Shown here: piece by piece, positions 41,577 to 56,403 of the stretch | Numbering within the stretch: position 1 is the first letter of the stretch | How the letters are laid out: every line of letters starts with the position of its first letter | Origin: Octopus vulgaris | Taxonomy: Eukaryota | Assembly (NCBI GenBank): GCA_951406725.2 | Contig: OX597828.1 | Span: forward strand, 31,992,001-32,056,000 | Direction of reading: 5' to 3' | DNA length: 64,000 nucleotides | Translations under genes and position numbers: made by a program | Notes under the pieces: model-generated | Told to the model about the DNA's origin: nothing | Databases searched by the model: none | Seen by the model: the letters and a program-made list of their open reading frames with translations, nothing else

Positions 41577-43444
41577 TATGTGTGTGTATGTGTGAGAGCG
41601 TGCGTGCGTGTGGGTGTAGAATACAATAATATAGCATTGCAAATATTTCTCTGTTTATATTGGAAGTAAATACTCATGTGTGTGAAGGCAGGTGCACCTG
41701 CATGCAATTATATTTATGAAGACTGACACATCTGAGGAATGTGTATTGACGCATGCATGCATCAAGAATACGTAGTGCAGGAATTTGCATTTATTTTTTT
41801 GGTTCGATACATTTAAGCGTACAAAGAAAAGAATCTATATATGGATGGACATACTTGTAATTATCTACGTCCTTGTTCATTCAGATATATGTACACATTG
41901 TGATACGTTAAATTGGAATATCGGGTATTTATTTTTAGTGAATGGGTAAGTGCTTGCAAGAACATGAGCAACAAGATGCTAATGCTTTCTGATATGGAAA
42001 ATGCATAACATCATACCATTTTCTATAACTGTTGAATGTGTGAGTGTGTGCGTGTGTGTGTGCGTGTGTTTGTGATTACGTATGTATGCACATCTATGTG
42101 CATGGGTCAGTTTGTAGGTGTGCGTATATGTCCATTAATGTATCTGTGCTTTCATTTCTTTTGTGGAGTTGCTGAGATATCTCAGTATTTGCTGTAAATA
42201 CTCGTGCGTAATATTGGTAACATTTAGCACACCAGCAATCAGGAAATGCTTGGGTCATCGTCCGCTAGACCGTCAAGCACACCAATATATGTAGTGTGTT
42301 GTGATTGTTGGACACTGCATAACTATAATTCCAATCTCTGAAAGGATCAATGAGCCGAGGAAATGAGAGACACTGCAATGGCGCGTAAATATGCATAAAT
42401 ACATTATATATATATATATAGGTAGGTAGGTAGGTAGGTAGGTATGTAGATACCACTTGAACATTACGAGATATTAAACTGAAATCGTATTTAATAATAC
42501 AGTAGACGGGCGAAATTATGCTTGCATCTCCTGTTAGATGATCAAATGTTCATATCTATGTAAATGTTAATCGTTTATATTCATCTATATTTATTAGTAG
42601 CTTCTTCCCATAACAACTGACCTTAAATTGAAATGTCAGGCTTGCCTTGTTTTCACCCCTGAATAACCAAGTGGTTGTACGTGTACCATATTCAGATACA
42701 ATGTTTGTCAATTATTTTGTATACATGGAGGCGCCAATACATCCGCTTGTATGTTACATCCAATTTTCTCCAGAGTGAGGCAAATTCATACATGACAATG
42801 TATCGATATATTATTGGGTTTTGCTATCTATCGAAAAATATCGAAAGGAATTCAAAGAAATGCACTACCCACACTCTCAAAAACCGTTACTACCATCACC
42901 TGCATTAAGTCGAGAAGCACGGAATGATTTCTTTTTTTTTTTTCATATTGAAAACGATTGAACAGCAATATAATAAAAAATGAGAGGTTAAACGAGCATC
43001 TCCATGCTTTCTCGAACCAAGAAGTAACTGGGATTTTTAAACTCAAATTTTCAACTTACTAAAAAATCATTCATAGCTAGTACACTATAATTAGAAGTTT
43101 CGTGTAATTGCTAAGTTTGGAAGACATTCTTATTAAGAAACATTCTTGTACGTTGAATTTCAAGGAACAAGTGAGGGAAATCTAGTCACTGGTCCGAATA
43201 GACATTTTAGAGTAGTTACACCAAGACGACTATTGCTTAATCCTCTTAAAACATGAGATTTCTTACAACTATTCACTAATCTGCCATGTATTCGACAGTG
43301 TGAGACACCTGCAAATGAGAAACGGATAACGTAATGTCTTTGAGAGACAAAAGGATAGCACACTGTTTTTACATTCATTTTATGCCATACACCTATGCTA
43401 AACCTCGTAAGAAGAGCGATACCACTGCTATAGATGTGCGTGTT

Positions 43445-43532
<88 letters not shown>

Positions 43533-43559
43533 CGTGTGTGTGTAGATAGATAGATAACC

Positions 43560-43591
<32 letters not shown>

Positions 43592-44006
43592 CATATTAAT
43601 ATATGTATATGAACGTATATATGCCTATACACAAGCATATACACCTGTCTATACATACATGCATATACACCTGACGATATATAGACGCACGCATAATACG
43701 TCTATGCATGTGCATCTGGACTCATTTGCCTAAGCACACTTTTGTACTTTTCTGTAAGCATATGCATGTCCGTGTGTGAAAATGTATCTATGTATTTATT
43801 CCTGCATAACCCAATCACTCTGACATACATCACACGCATGTATATTCCTCACAAACCATATCCTAACAGAAATATTTCAACACATGTCCTACTTCTACTT
43901 CCTGTACTCAATAATAATTACTTAGCACGAACAAACACATGCTCACAGAGACGACATACACACCAACGCATACAGCCTCACCACGCACACACACACATAC
44001 ACACAT

Positions 44007-44054
<48 letters not shown>

Positions 44055-44073
44055 CCCAGCGCATACAGCCTCA

Positions 44074-44144
<71 letters not shown>

Positions 44145-45491
44145 GCACGTAGTTCGTGTGTGTGTGAGGAGGGTTATGCATGCACATACATACATATACG
44201 CACGCACACACGCATACTGATACACACAGGCATACATGCACTCACACACGCATACACACGCACGCACACTAACATACAGAGCCAGGAACGGCTTCTGATG
44301 TGTTTTCTCATGATAACGTCAATAGAAAGTGTGCCAATTTTCTGCCGATATCACTAGTATTAATCTCAGTGTACAGCTTTTCACAATTATCCATGGAAAT
44401 GTGCTCCTCCACAACGACAACAGTAGTTGTTGCCAACGGTGTGTCTGCTTCTACTTACTTCGCACCTGTTACTACTACTTAAACAACGAGATGTCTTCAT
44501 CTCTACCTGCTACTGTCTTTTACCATGCGTGTGGGAGCGAATGTTGATCAAGTCGCTTTCACTACTTTTGTTACATAGATTAATGAAGAATCTTTATATT
44601 GGATGAAAAATATTAAATATGCTTTTCGCCATATATGAAGTTATTCTGCAATCATAATTATTTTTTTTTATTCAATTTAAATCTATCCGGTGCAATATTT
44701 AGAGTATCAAAAGAAATCTGGTTGCACCAAGTTATTTTGTGTCCGCCAATTGAATCTTTATGTTGCAGCGATTATATAGTTATACACACTACATTTTTAT
44801 GGCTGTCTCTTTTCATCAGAATTAATGGTCATGCCTTAATCTATTTTGTTTGGTTTTGAGAGAATTTTTTTTTCTAAATGTTAAATTCAGTTGGTAATTG
44901 ATTTAGTCAACGAGAATATTAGTCAAATATGACACAAATGCCGTGTAATCACCACGATAATGCGTTGTAGTTACACAGTTTCCGCCAGAGATTACTCTCT
45001 GGTAAATTACAAACTTTAACCTAGTTTCGCTTTTATAGTAATCTCGCAGACTTCCTTTAAAAAAACACTGTAGCTTTGATCACGGCGTCATTTTTATTGG
45101 TTTTTGTGCATGTAGGTGAATATTAGTGTCTGTTTGGAATTTGAAGGCACCAATACATGGAGCATTTATGTATTTCATATAATGGCTCTGATGTTTCTGA
45201 TGTCTGTTCCCCATGTGAGAAGTTTTCATTCACTTGCCTTGTAGATTTGAGAGAGACACACAACGTTGCAAGTGCCGCGATATTGGAAACATATTTTTTA
45301 AACCAGCTCTTGTTGCAAATCTTTTTTTTCTTTTAGAGGCGATATTTACGCTGTTCAACGACATACATTAGTAAATGTTTTAATTAACGTATATGCAGAA
45401 GATAAGATTAAACAAGAATACATACATGCACACTTGCTGTACGAATGTCTCTATCCCTCTTTCTCTCTTGTATGTATATATATATATATAT

Positions 45492-45586
45492 AGTTAATCC
45501 AAACAAGAAAGCACACAAAAAACACAACAACGCGAAGACGTGGAACAAATATAGTATTATTGGACGCTCAGGAAACAAGGAAAGAA

Positions 45587-45590
<4 letters not shown>
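45492..45590. mobile_element. Short repeat fragment embedded in (TA)n, probably a Penelope-like terminus
   Basis: Flanked on both sides by TA repeats; GTATTATTGGACGCTCAGGAA resembles GTATTAGTATGGCGCTCAGGAA at 5814-5835. Confidence 0.45.
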
Positions 45591-45633
<43 letters not shown>

Positions 45634-46826
45634 AATATTCAATATATTGAGAGAGAGAGAAAACGCGGAAATATATATATATATATATTTAGATAGATAG
45701 ATACATAGATACTCTAAACTTATACACGTACTCAAACTTGTAGGTAGTGCGTGCATATTTTAAGATGCTTTAGTTTAGACCTAGAATTTTATGAAATCGT
45801 AGCGTGTATCTTGAACATCGTGTCGTAACTACGTCAATACTTGTTGTTCACAAAGTTATTCATAGCGAATGAACTACGCAGTGTCACTGGCACGTTTCGT
45901 CATAACATGGAGTGCTGATTTCCACAGACTTCAATGAATATTTCTTTTGATATTTTGAAGAAATGCTTTTCAGAATTATAACACGGAAGTAAAAAAGTGA
46001 GAAAACGAAATTGAAGCAAACATATTAACGTTATTTATTTAATTACTTAACTGTGTGAAATTAATTGATTGCTGTGTTGAATAGTTAAATATAATATGGA
46101 ATACATTTTTGATCGTATTTTCTTATTGGAAATTTATGCGTGGGTTATAAAACAATAACGGATTTAATATTTCAACTGAAATAACGTGTGAGGAACATTT
46201 CGTTGTAAATATGCTCCAAATCAGCCCTATGTATACACAATATCAGAATTGAAACGAGAGAGTCATGGTTGGATCATTGTCGAACAGATAACCTATGACA
46301 TAAAAGACATATAAAAAGGGACAAATTGAAAATTCTGAACAAAACGAGAAGTAAATAAGGGGAAATGAATATTAGAGCAACAAGCTGAAAATAATTTGCA
46401 AATAGAAAATAAGAACAAATACATCGTCAGCAAAGAAAACTTACCCACACAAGCGCATACTTATAAAACATGAGATAACACAACTCAAACTTTACAAAAC
46501 CCTCAAATTAGCGAAAACGTAAAATACATAAAAGTTTCAGTAAGTACACTTCAGTAAGATATTATACACGTATGTGACAAATATCTATCTGGCGGTGTGG
46601 TGAGAGATTTATGGAAGAACGGAGAGGAGACTCGCTGCTCCTCCGCTTTTTCTACTACCCCTATTCGTTGCTGGCACCTCCTACACTACGGGGCAGCATT
46701 AGCGACCGATGTCGATGATTATGCTGGTGCTGCCCCAGTATGGTCACAACTTCAGGACTGAAACATATAAATGAAGAAAAGTTTTTCACGATTACCTTAA
46801 AGCTAGGAAATTTTCAGCGCGCCCTC

Positions 46827-46904
<78 letters not shown>

Positions 46905-47271
46905 TATATATTGTTTTTATTATTATAAGAAGGTCTAAAGAAAATTATTCCAAAGCCAATATGCTGATTTTCCACATATGATCTACAGAAAAATTGAACT
47001 GAAGTCGAGCAAACTAACCGTTAGAATATTTAAATTTCGTTATCTCTATATTGAATCAATTTCGGAATTAATCTCATAAAAGATTTATTCGTCTTCAGTA
47101 GAGCTTATGAGAGAATATAAATAAGATACTTACATGCGCCCAGGGAAAAAGCCGAAGCAAATAACATAAGTACATTTAAGTACCCCATTTATATCTAAAA
47201 GTAAAAATTCTTTGGTCAGCCTCAGAACAACGCGTTGACTGCTCGCCACTGCAGATTATAGTGGTTACCAC

Positions 47272-47302
47272 TATAGATAGATAGATATATATAGAGAGAA
47301 AG

Positions 47303-47353
<51 letters not shown>
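47272..47353. repeat. (AGAT)n tetranucleotide microsatellite
   Basis: Directly visible. Confidence 0.95.
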
Positions 47354-47358
<5 letters not shown>

Positions 47359-48787
47359 TCTATGGGGAAAATGCAACAGAGTGAAACATACGTATATAGG
47401 GCTACAGTACTGCGGATGATTAATAAGCTATTGGGATGTGGATGCTGTCAATAAAAACCTGTGAAATCCTTTTTTTTATACATTTTATAATAGCTTTTCT
47501 TATCTGATTTAGTCTCCTATGAACTTAGAAAGAGATATATCATTCCATTCTTGTTAATGAAAAACGCATGCAGATGTTATCAGGCATTATTAGAGGGATT
47601 ACCTCTTTCTCTTTTCTGTCTATCACCCTCTTTCTACGCGCACACACACATACACACGCACACACACATACACACACACGCGCAGACACACGCTCATACA
47701 CACACACACTCACATATATATATATGTATGGAGAATGTGTGTGAGAGAGAGAGAGAGAGAATGTTGCAAAGAATTAAATAAAATTACTTAGGTTAGATGA
47801 ACGAGAGCAATTTCAAGAGTGAAGATTTCAATAAGACTAGATACATACTAATTTAAGTGAGATTATTAAAATATTATTCGAATATTCCCTGCGGTTTTCT
47901 TTCAAATGATTCATATAATTTATAATGCCAAAAGTGAACACGTTTTAATGACAAAAATTAATCACATGTTAAAATGTTAACCACATTTCAAAAGATAAAT
48001 ACCAATACCTTGCTGAAATAGCTATCCTATCCAATTTCATCATCAGTAACTTCATCAAATGCTATACTTACAGATATATGGAAAATATTTCCATATAATG
48101 ACCATTTTGTTGCAATACATGAGAAATGGTTTTATTGTGTTAAACCATCTCATTTGAGATAATATGTTCACTTTGCCTCATACATTTATTTATCTATCGC
48201 ATATTAGTTTGGATTCATTCAAAATGTATTTCTCGAATGCCAACAAATTGTAACTACATATGAATGTCTATATCTATTCTATCTAAGTGCTTCCTTTTAG
48301 AACATAATTATAAAATGGTGTTATTATGTATAATGTTTTGCTATAGAAGCATTCATGTAATAAGCAAATTAAAATGAAAGATTAGAAATGTAACTGAATT
48401 AGATGAAACATAGATAGGTGTATGAATATTATATGTCATGTTTCATTTTTGCTACATGCCAAATTAAAAACCTGTGCCAAAGAATTCGCCTAATTTTGCA
48501 TTATAGCTTTATATAGATCGAAATTTAATGGTAATCTGTAGAAAGTTTAGGCAGCATAGAATTAAAATATTTTGCATGCAAATACAGATACATGCCCATA
48601 CTACACACACGTATATATAGGCATATTCATACATGTGAACATACCGTTGAGAGTAATTCCTGTATGACTACATGTCTACGTTAAGCGTTTACCAGATCAT
48701 GAATTAATAGCGAATTTAACATAATCAGTCACATACAACATACATGCTGACATAGAAAAACACACTCATACAAACACACACATGTAC

Positions 48788-48870
<83 letters not shown>

Positions 48871-50579
48871 TACAGGCAAGCATGCATGAATGTATGTATA
48901 CAAGTAGACCAACGAAAACAAACCAGTGACTATGATCCAATTGTTATCTATGCATAAGAAATGTAAGTCAATCCCATACATTTAGAATTAAGTGCATGTG
49001 AATCTAAAAAAAAATATTTCCAAATAATGGAGAAAACGTGCTTCAAATGTTTCACGATTAAACATTCAAATAAAAGACAAGCAACAACTGTTACTGCCAC
49101 AATCCTACTTTTGATACTGTATGTATTTTGCTGTCAATTATACACGTACCCTTAATGCACATATGTAGAATTTTTATATACATAACTTTGGATGCAGGCA
49201 ATTATAAATCTCTCTCTTTGTCTCCTTCTATCACGTTCTAATCATGTAAGTAATAATTCACTATCTCCACAGGAACGTGTATGTATGTTTACATATATAT
49301 GTGTGTATTGGTGTGTGGGCACGCTGGTGCATATGTGTGTACTTATGAATGTGTCAAAGCCGGTGGTTTTGGAACATATGTATGTATATATGCATGTAAG
49401 TATAATCATTAGAATCTCAAATATCAGTGGAATTTATCCCTGAACTGTTCATTCTTTGGATAAAATTTTTCCCGAATCATTTTATGCATATCCAAGTTTT
49501 GGAGGCATCCTACCACACTATGCATTCATATCTACTTTACATCTTGAATCTCTTCAAATTAGATGGAGGGGAGATTTTAGATTTCGCTTCAATACATGTA
49601 TAATGCGTCGACATTATACATGTATCGAAGCGAAAAACCTACCTACTCCGCTCTGTGTAATACATGCGGCTTTGATTCATGCAACATTTTTGGCATTAGT
49701 GTAGCACAGATGACATAAGACTCATGTACACTCGCTGTTTGTTTTCGATGAGTATTTGAGTGGGCAAGAATTTGTCTTTCTGCCATAAACTGCAGACAAA
49801 CTAAATTAACAGTGACAAGTGCACATGCAGAAAAGAAGATACTCGTTTGTCTCACGAGACACCTGTGAAAATGGCAGAAGTCACTTTAACGACACAAGGC
49901 ACTGTAAAATATTTTACAGACACATTATGTATTGTGCTTGGGAATTCTAATTTCATAAGTTCATTCATAAAGTTTTCGCGAAAATATAGTGTTCAATAGA
50001 AACAGGCATTCATTTACGCATTTGCTATAATACGAATATTAAAGAATGCTGCACACAATATAACCTCCATGGATTTTCTTAAATGAACAACAGCACGCAT
50101 TGATTTAATGAAACGCTTCATTCACAATACAAGAACCCTGTGAATAAACAGCATATGGAATCTACATCTCCACACTTTCCATTTGTAATTACAAAATATG
50201 AACTCCTATCGAAATTTACATACCATGGGCAAGAAATATTTCTACAACTTCTACACACTCTTTTTCTTGGATATGTGTGTGTGTGTGTCTGTGTGTGTGT
50301 GTTCTTGGATAGTGGAACTGCAACTATAGCATCTTAATACATTGTAATTTTTATTTTTACTTTCATTCTCCTATTTCCTTCTATCTCCTTATTTATTCCT
50401 TTTCTAAAATAGCTTCTTATATTGAACAATAAAAATGTCCCTCTATTTAACCATCTCACATCGTGTCTGAGGTAGGGATACCATTAAAATCCCAGAAATT
50501 GCTGTAAGACACACTTTCACTTTATAAATGTCTTGAATATTCCACATAGCTATGGCTTCTTTGTCTCATTTTATTTAAC

Positions 50580-50610
<31 letters not shown>

Positions 50611-50619
<9 letters not shown>

Positions 50620-50918
50620 AACCTTAGGGTAGCAAAAATATTTATCGAAAAATTCTTTGTTACCAGTGGTCTAGTGAGAAGGAAACATTTAGTAAATAGA
50701 CTATACATTATTCAGAGAAGAATATAGTGTACATTCGAACGCATAAGAGATAAACAAGAAATAGGATATCTGACAATAGGGTAAATGTTTTTGTTTTTCA
50801 TTCACTTTCAGAATTACAAGAATTAGTAGTCTGGGGTTTAACTGCTCTTTCTAGTGAGTCAGATATCCTATTTTTGTTATCTCTTATGTGTTTGAATGTA
50901 CAGTGTATTCTTCTCTGT

Positions 50919-50920
<2 letters not shown>
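50611..50920. repeat. Repeat fragment with a ~60-bp inverted duplication (50713-50774 / 50858-50917)
   Basis: CAGAGAAGAATA..ATAGGATATCTGAC versus GTCAGATATCCTAT..TATTCTTCTCTG; lies between microsatellites. Confidence 0.85.
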
Positions 50921-50995
<75 letters not shown>

Positions 50996-51151
50996 CATGT
51001 ATGTATATGTATATATTGATAAAAAGGGTAAGACGACAAAATAATGAAAGAGACTATGATATTATGTAAAGAGAGGAATTTCTCTGTAAATATAATATGT
51101 GAGAATTATTCGGTAGCCATGATAAAACTCCGAGTCTCGGAAGTTAAAAGA

Positions 51152-51322
51152 AGGAATAATCTGCCCTGTCCACAAAGAAGGAAGTGAAGCAGATGTTATA
51201 AACTACATGCCTATATCTCTGACCTCACATATTAGCATGATCATGGACGACATTGTCAGAAAAGAACATGGCAACGTTCCTATAAGAAAGTGAGAGGCTT
51301 ACAGACACGCTATGTGGCTTTT
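51152..51322 (+). mobile_element. CR1-group LINE ORF2 fragment (start of the RT domain)
   Basis: GIICPVHKEGSEADVINYMPISLTSHISMIMDDIVRK matches the P.HK.G....NYRPISLTS motif. Confidence 0.85.
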
Positions 51323-51899
51323 AATTTATTTCTTCAAAATTAATAGTGTTTTGAAGAAATATAAAAGTAGGTTTTTCCAAAATTCTGAAAACATTTTTAC
51401 TCAATATATAATTTCTGAATATGTAGACATATATTTATATATCAAATAAAATTAAAAACAGAACACTAAGGATATCGCGGTACGCGTGTTTTAAGCTTTA
51501 TAAATAATCCATTCTTACATCAGTGTATAATTGATATAAAAGATGGTTTAAAGCTCTCTTCAACCGCAAACATTGTTATTCCAAAGAGTTAGATCACACT
51601 ATAAAACATATGAAAAGTACATGTAGTATTACCCATTATAATAGGTATATCATATCTCCCTGAGTAAGTGTATTTGTAAAATTTCCTAACTGTATAAATG
51701 TATAAAGATTCTTTGGATTTCGAAAATCTGTCCATACTGTACCACTAGTTAACATAAACTCTATCATGCTGACTCATAGACTCTATCTTGCTGATTCATT
51801 GAATACGTTATATCGTTTTACAATCTACGAAGAACCTATTATAGTTATATGAAAGATAGATTTTATCTCTTGGACTCGAATTTCCCGCCTATTCTATTA

Positions 51900-52038
51900 A
51901 ATAACCAATTGCAGCGTGGACGGTGTTTGTAGGCCATTTAAGAAACACACAAAAGCCGTTCGATTCACTTCAACATTAAAGTTTAATTTGTCAAAATATT
52001 TCGTCGCTTTAAGACAGCGACCTGTCAGACAAAAATTG
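51900..52038 (-). mobile_element. Probable Penelope-like pLTR fragment with a degenerate hammerhead-like fold
   Basis: Minus strand TTGTC TGACAG GTCGCT-gtcttaa-AGCGAC GAAA TATT TTGACAA. Confidence 0.45.
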
Positions 52039-52401
52039 CGGCATTTATTGGCCCCAGCATATTGTTTTTTACTTTAGTTTCATACAGAGGGTCGAAGTTA
52101 AAACGGAACATCATTCGGTACACACAAACACGCATATACGCGCGCGCGCGCGTGTGTGTGTGTTTGTGTGTGTGTTAGTGTGTGTGAAATACAGCTTGAC
52201 CAGTAATAAAATAAATGTCAGCTTTTAATATTACACCCACTTAATATATTATCTTTCAGTCTTGATTCAAACGGGCACGACTGCAAGAACGTGTTTAATA
52301 ATCCTGGCGTGATAGCTAAGAGAAAATGTACGTAATTCTAATGTCTTTTTAAGTTTTTATGCCATCTACTGAGCAGTACAAATATGACGAATATTTGTAT
52401 A

Positions 52402-52473
<72 letters not shown>

Positions 52474-52938
52474 GTGTGTGTGTGTGTGTGTTTGTATGTA
52501 TATAGAGCAACCATTCGGCATATGGCGGTTCACCTATCGTGGATTTTTCTGGCTAATATATGCAAATATACTCCCAGTATATTGTGTGTTTCTGTGGCTG
52601 ATACGTATTCATATGTATTAGGTTTTAATTATTTCTGTGGTAAAATAACCATTTTCACGACTAAAAATTAATGGTTTAATAAATTTTGAAATATTACTGT
52701 ACTGCACTGTACAACACATAGATTAAACTATATTAAAAGAAAATTCGCTGAGTACTGTAGATGAATAAACAAATAATCGCACGCACTGTATGGAAAACGA
52801 AACCCGAGAGGCAAAAAAGAGAAGACACGAGTACTTTTAAGAATGTGGAGTGCGGAGTTTACAAAAGCTTCAATAAGGGAAAAGTCCACAGAAAAACTCT
52901 CATTAGGAGCTTATTAGACTATGAGTGACATTTCTGAA

Positions 52939-53100
<162 letters not shown>

Positions 53101-54005
53101 TATATATATATATGTATATATATATATATGTACATATGTGTATATATATATATATATATATGTATACATGTATATATATACATATACGCATAAATGCATA
53201 TATATATATATATATACATGTACATACATTTATACATAGATACATACAAAAGTTTTCCCCTGAATGATCGCACTTCCGACAATTTTACGCTTCCTACTTT
53301 CTTACTAAAATTGTTTTGTTATCTCGCGCCTATAATGTTTCATGGTTTGTAGGACTTATCAACAGGGAAGATCGCTTCCGGAAGCATGTTGTAAAGCGAT
53401 CTGAACTTCTCGACTGCGCAGCTATGAAAATAAATAAATGCCTGTTTGTATATTTGTGTGGTAGGATGTGTATGTATCTGTGTGCGTGTATATATATATA
53501 TATATCAGTATGTGTGTGTGTCTGTATAGGCTGGCTTGTATGAATATATGCTGATATGTTTGTGATCGAATGTAAACCTGAGTACGCTTGCTTGCATATG
53601 TATATAGCCTTCAACATATATGCAATATTTTATATGAACACACAACGTCCGATGCTATATAAATCGTCTCAGACAAATTCCATATAAAAGCGAGAGTTTT
53701 GCATCAAATCGTGGCAACAACGTCTTGCCGGATTTGGGCGTTGTCTCTTTTTCTTCAATGATGCGATCACCGAAGCGAATATATTTATGTACGTCATTTT
53801 GAGGATGACCAATATCACACAAGGAGACACAGACAGACAGACAGACACACATACACAAACTCACACACATGCACACGCAAACAACAAACAACGAAAACAC
53901 ATACAGGCACAAACACGCACATGCATATGTATACAGATATGTATATGTCCGTGTGTATATATATATATTTATATATATTTATATATAGACAGATATAGAT
54001 ATAGA

Positions 54006-54042
<37 letters not shown>

Positions 54043-56403
54043 CTATAGTGAGAGGAATATATAGATATATATTTAGCACGATAGAGTGAGAGTGAATGTG
54101 TGCGAAAGTGAGATAATATATTAAAGGAATATAACGGAAATAAAAGAAAGATGATTATCTACAAGTTTGATCTATTTTATGTATCTATATTTATATGATC
54201 AGGAGCATTTCATAAATCGTGTTTGAATATATGTTCAATAACCTAAAATGTAGGTTGAAAGGATTACGGGTATTTTATAGAAGTAAGGTTATACATCATT
54301 ATAATGACAATATCTGTGACAAGCATTTATGTTATAAGAAAATTATGGCATTTAAAAGGAGATTCATGTTTTCTTTCGCCGAGAAGCTATTGATCTATAT
54401 TTCAGAATACCAATGGCGATTGCACTATAAAATCATATCGGTGAAGAACCAGCACCGTCGGTATATTCTAAATCTATAATACTATTTTACTTTCTTCGAG
54501 AACTTCTCGACACTAAGGAAATAAATATAACGTGGTTTTCCATAGAGTCGACATCTAATTTAAATTTTACTGGTTTAATCACGTCGTGTTCATAGCACAT
54601 ATTTTATCATAGTTTCTCAAACTGATATACATTCACTAGCTATGCTTTGAATATATTTTCATTCGTCTCCAGCGCTCATTTATATTGTCCTTTTCAACTG
54701 CTTTCTAAGTGTAAACCTCTGTGGTATATCTACATATTCATATCTGATTACTGTTTATATTTTAAAATAATTATCTGCATGACCGAGATTTACTGCATCA
54801 TATCACTTGAGCCGACATAAGCAAAGATGATCAGTGGAATTCATCAGTTTATCTATTCAGATAGAACTCTGTCTTTCACTCTCAATTCGAAATGCGATAG
54901 GGAATTTCAGCACTGTGAATGCTAGGGCAACCGAAAATTTGAGCGGTTTGTAGAAAGTAAGATTTATTGAGCTACAGTGATTATTGGTGGCATTATCACA
55001 TCAGCCGGAAGTGTTTATTTTTTTTATTTTGTTTCGTTACTACGTATGAAATTGTGTAGGTAAGTAGGCGTCGATATTAATGTAAGTTAAATAAAAATTA
55101 CTGAGTAATATTTTTTTTAAATAACTAATTTGACGGAGAATTTTCATTTAGATATATATTGTCACTAATGTGTACGAACGTTGTTTTTTATGAACGAATT
55201 TCATTGTAATATACTATTTCCTGAATAATACAATGGACCCATTGCTGTTTAATCCTCTATGTTGTGTATAGAAGCATCAATAAAAGTTTATGTATCTACA
55301 AATGAAAAATTGTTTAGCTGATGAAGATACTTCGCTGAAAACATAATTGTATCATGTAAAGTAATTTATTTAAACATCACTAAATTTAGTTAATACATAA
55401 ATAGTTAACAATCCTAAAGAGAAGTAACCCAGTAGTGTATTTCTAGCATAATTTATTCATTAGAATGCGTAAGTACCACGTCGGTTCTGATTGGAATATT
55501 GTGAAGATGTTCCTGCAATATTTATCGTCGTTTCTTTACAAATATAGATCTTGGTTTATGTTATTCAACACGTCCTAATATAATGAGCGTTATTTGTGAT
55601 TGCAGTGTCTTCTATTTATACCAGAGCAAGAGACTGTATAGACATTATCGCTTTGTCCATATTGCGTGTGATTTATTTAAATGTATGTAAAGTCTGCTGA
55701 CACTTATGTATCTCTCGATTGTCTGTGTAGAGACATTGCACTGTGATTCATGCGTTTTCAGTTTATAACAGGCTTAAATAAATTTCAGTTAAGGTCGGCA
55801 GACAAAAAGATGGATGACTTATGGAATTATACAATTCATTGTTTTGCTGAATAATAAAATTAATATTTGTGAACTGCTCTAAGGCAGAGTGCTGAATGAA
55901 AATGTATGATATGCAACTTTCTAGCATACTAAAACTTCTTCGAGCAGTCGTAGATATAAATAATCCAAGGATGTACAATAAGCTCATAGAGAGAACACTC
56001 CTGATCCTGTGGCAACTGAGTCAGGTTTAGCTCACAGTTATATCTCGATAAGTGAATCTAGGAAAGGGCTATGTGCAGATTAGAGAAAACTTTTAGTTCC
56101 AACTTAGAGAAAAATTTCCAAACCTTGACGGCTTGAGAATCTAAATTAAAATTAATTAAGATATTCATAATTGATTTGTTTACGTAAAACATTTATTGAA
56201 ATGAATTTCCTTCCTTTTATGGTCCAAATCTCCACGAAATCTTTTTCAGACATTAATACAAGATGGTATGAGGCAGCGCAAAGATACAATTTAACAGTAG
56301 TTGCAAAGTACTAATTAATGAAAACAGCCGATTTGGAAAAAAATTAGAATTGAAGAGACCAGTGTTTTCGTTTTGGGGTTGGGTATCTTTGTAATCGACT
56401 TAC

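Noticed and set aside
46626-46652. GC-rich hairpin followed by a T run, terminator-like
   Set aside because: Rho-independent terminators are irrelevant in animal nuclear DNA, and the stem is imperfect.
48075-48097. Perfect 10-bp-arm palindrome TATATGGAAA-ATA-TTTCCATATA
   Set aside because: Short and AT-rich; plausible by chance in 64 kb of this composition.
55318-55345. CTGATGA...GAAA hammerhead-like core
   Set aside because: Only a 2-bp stem II and no closing stem I; chance match.
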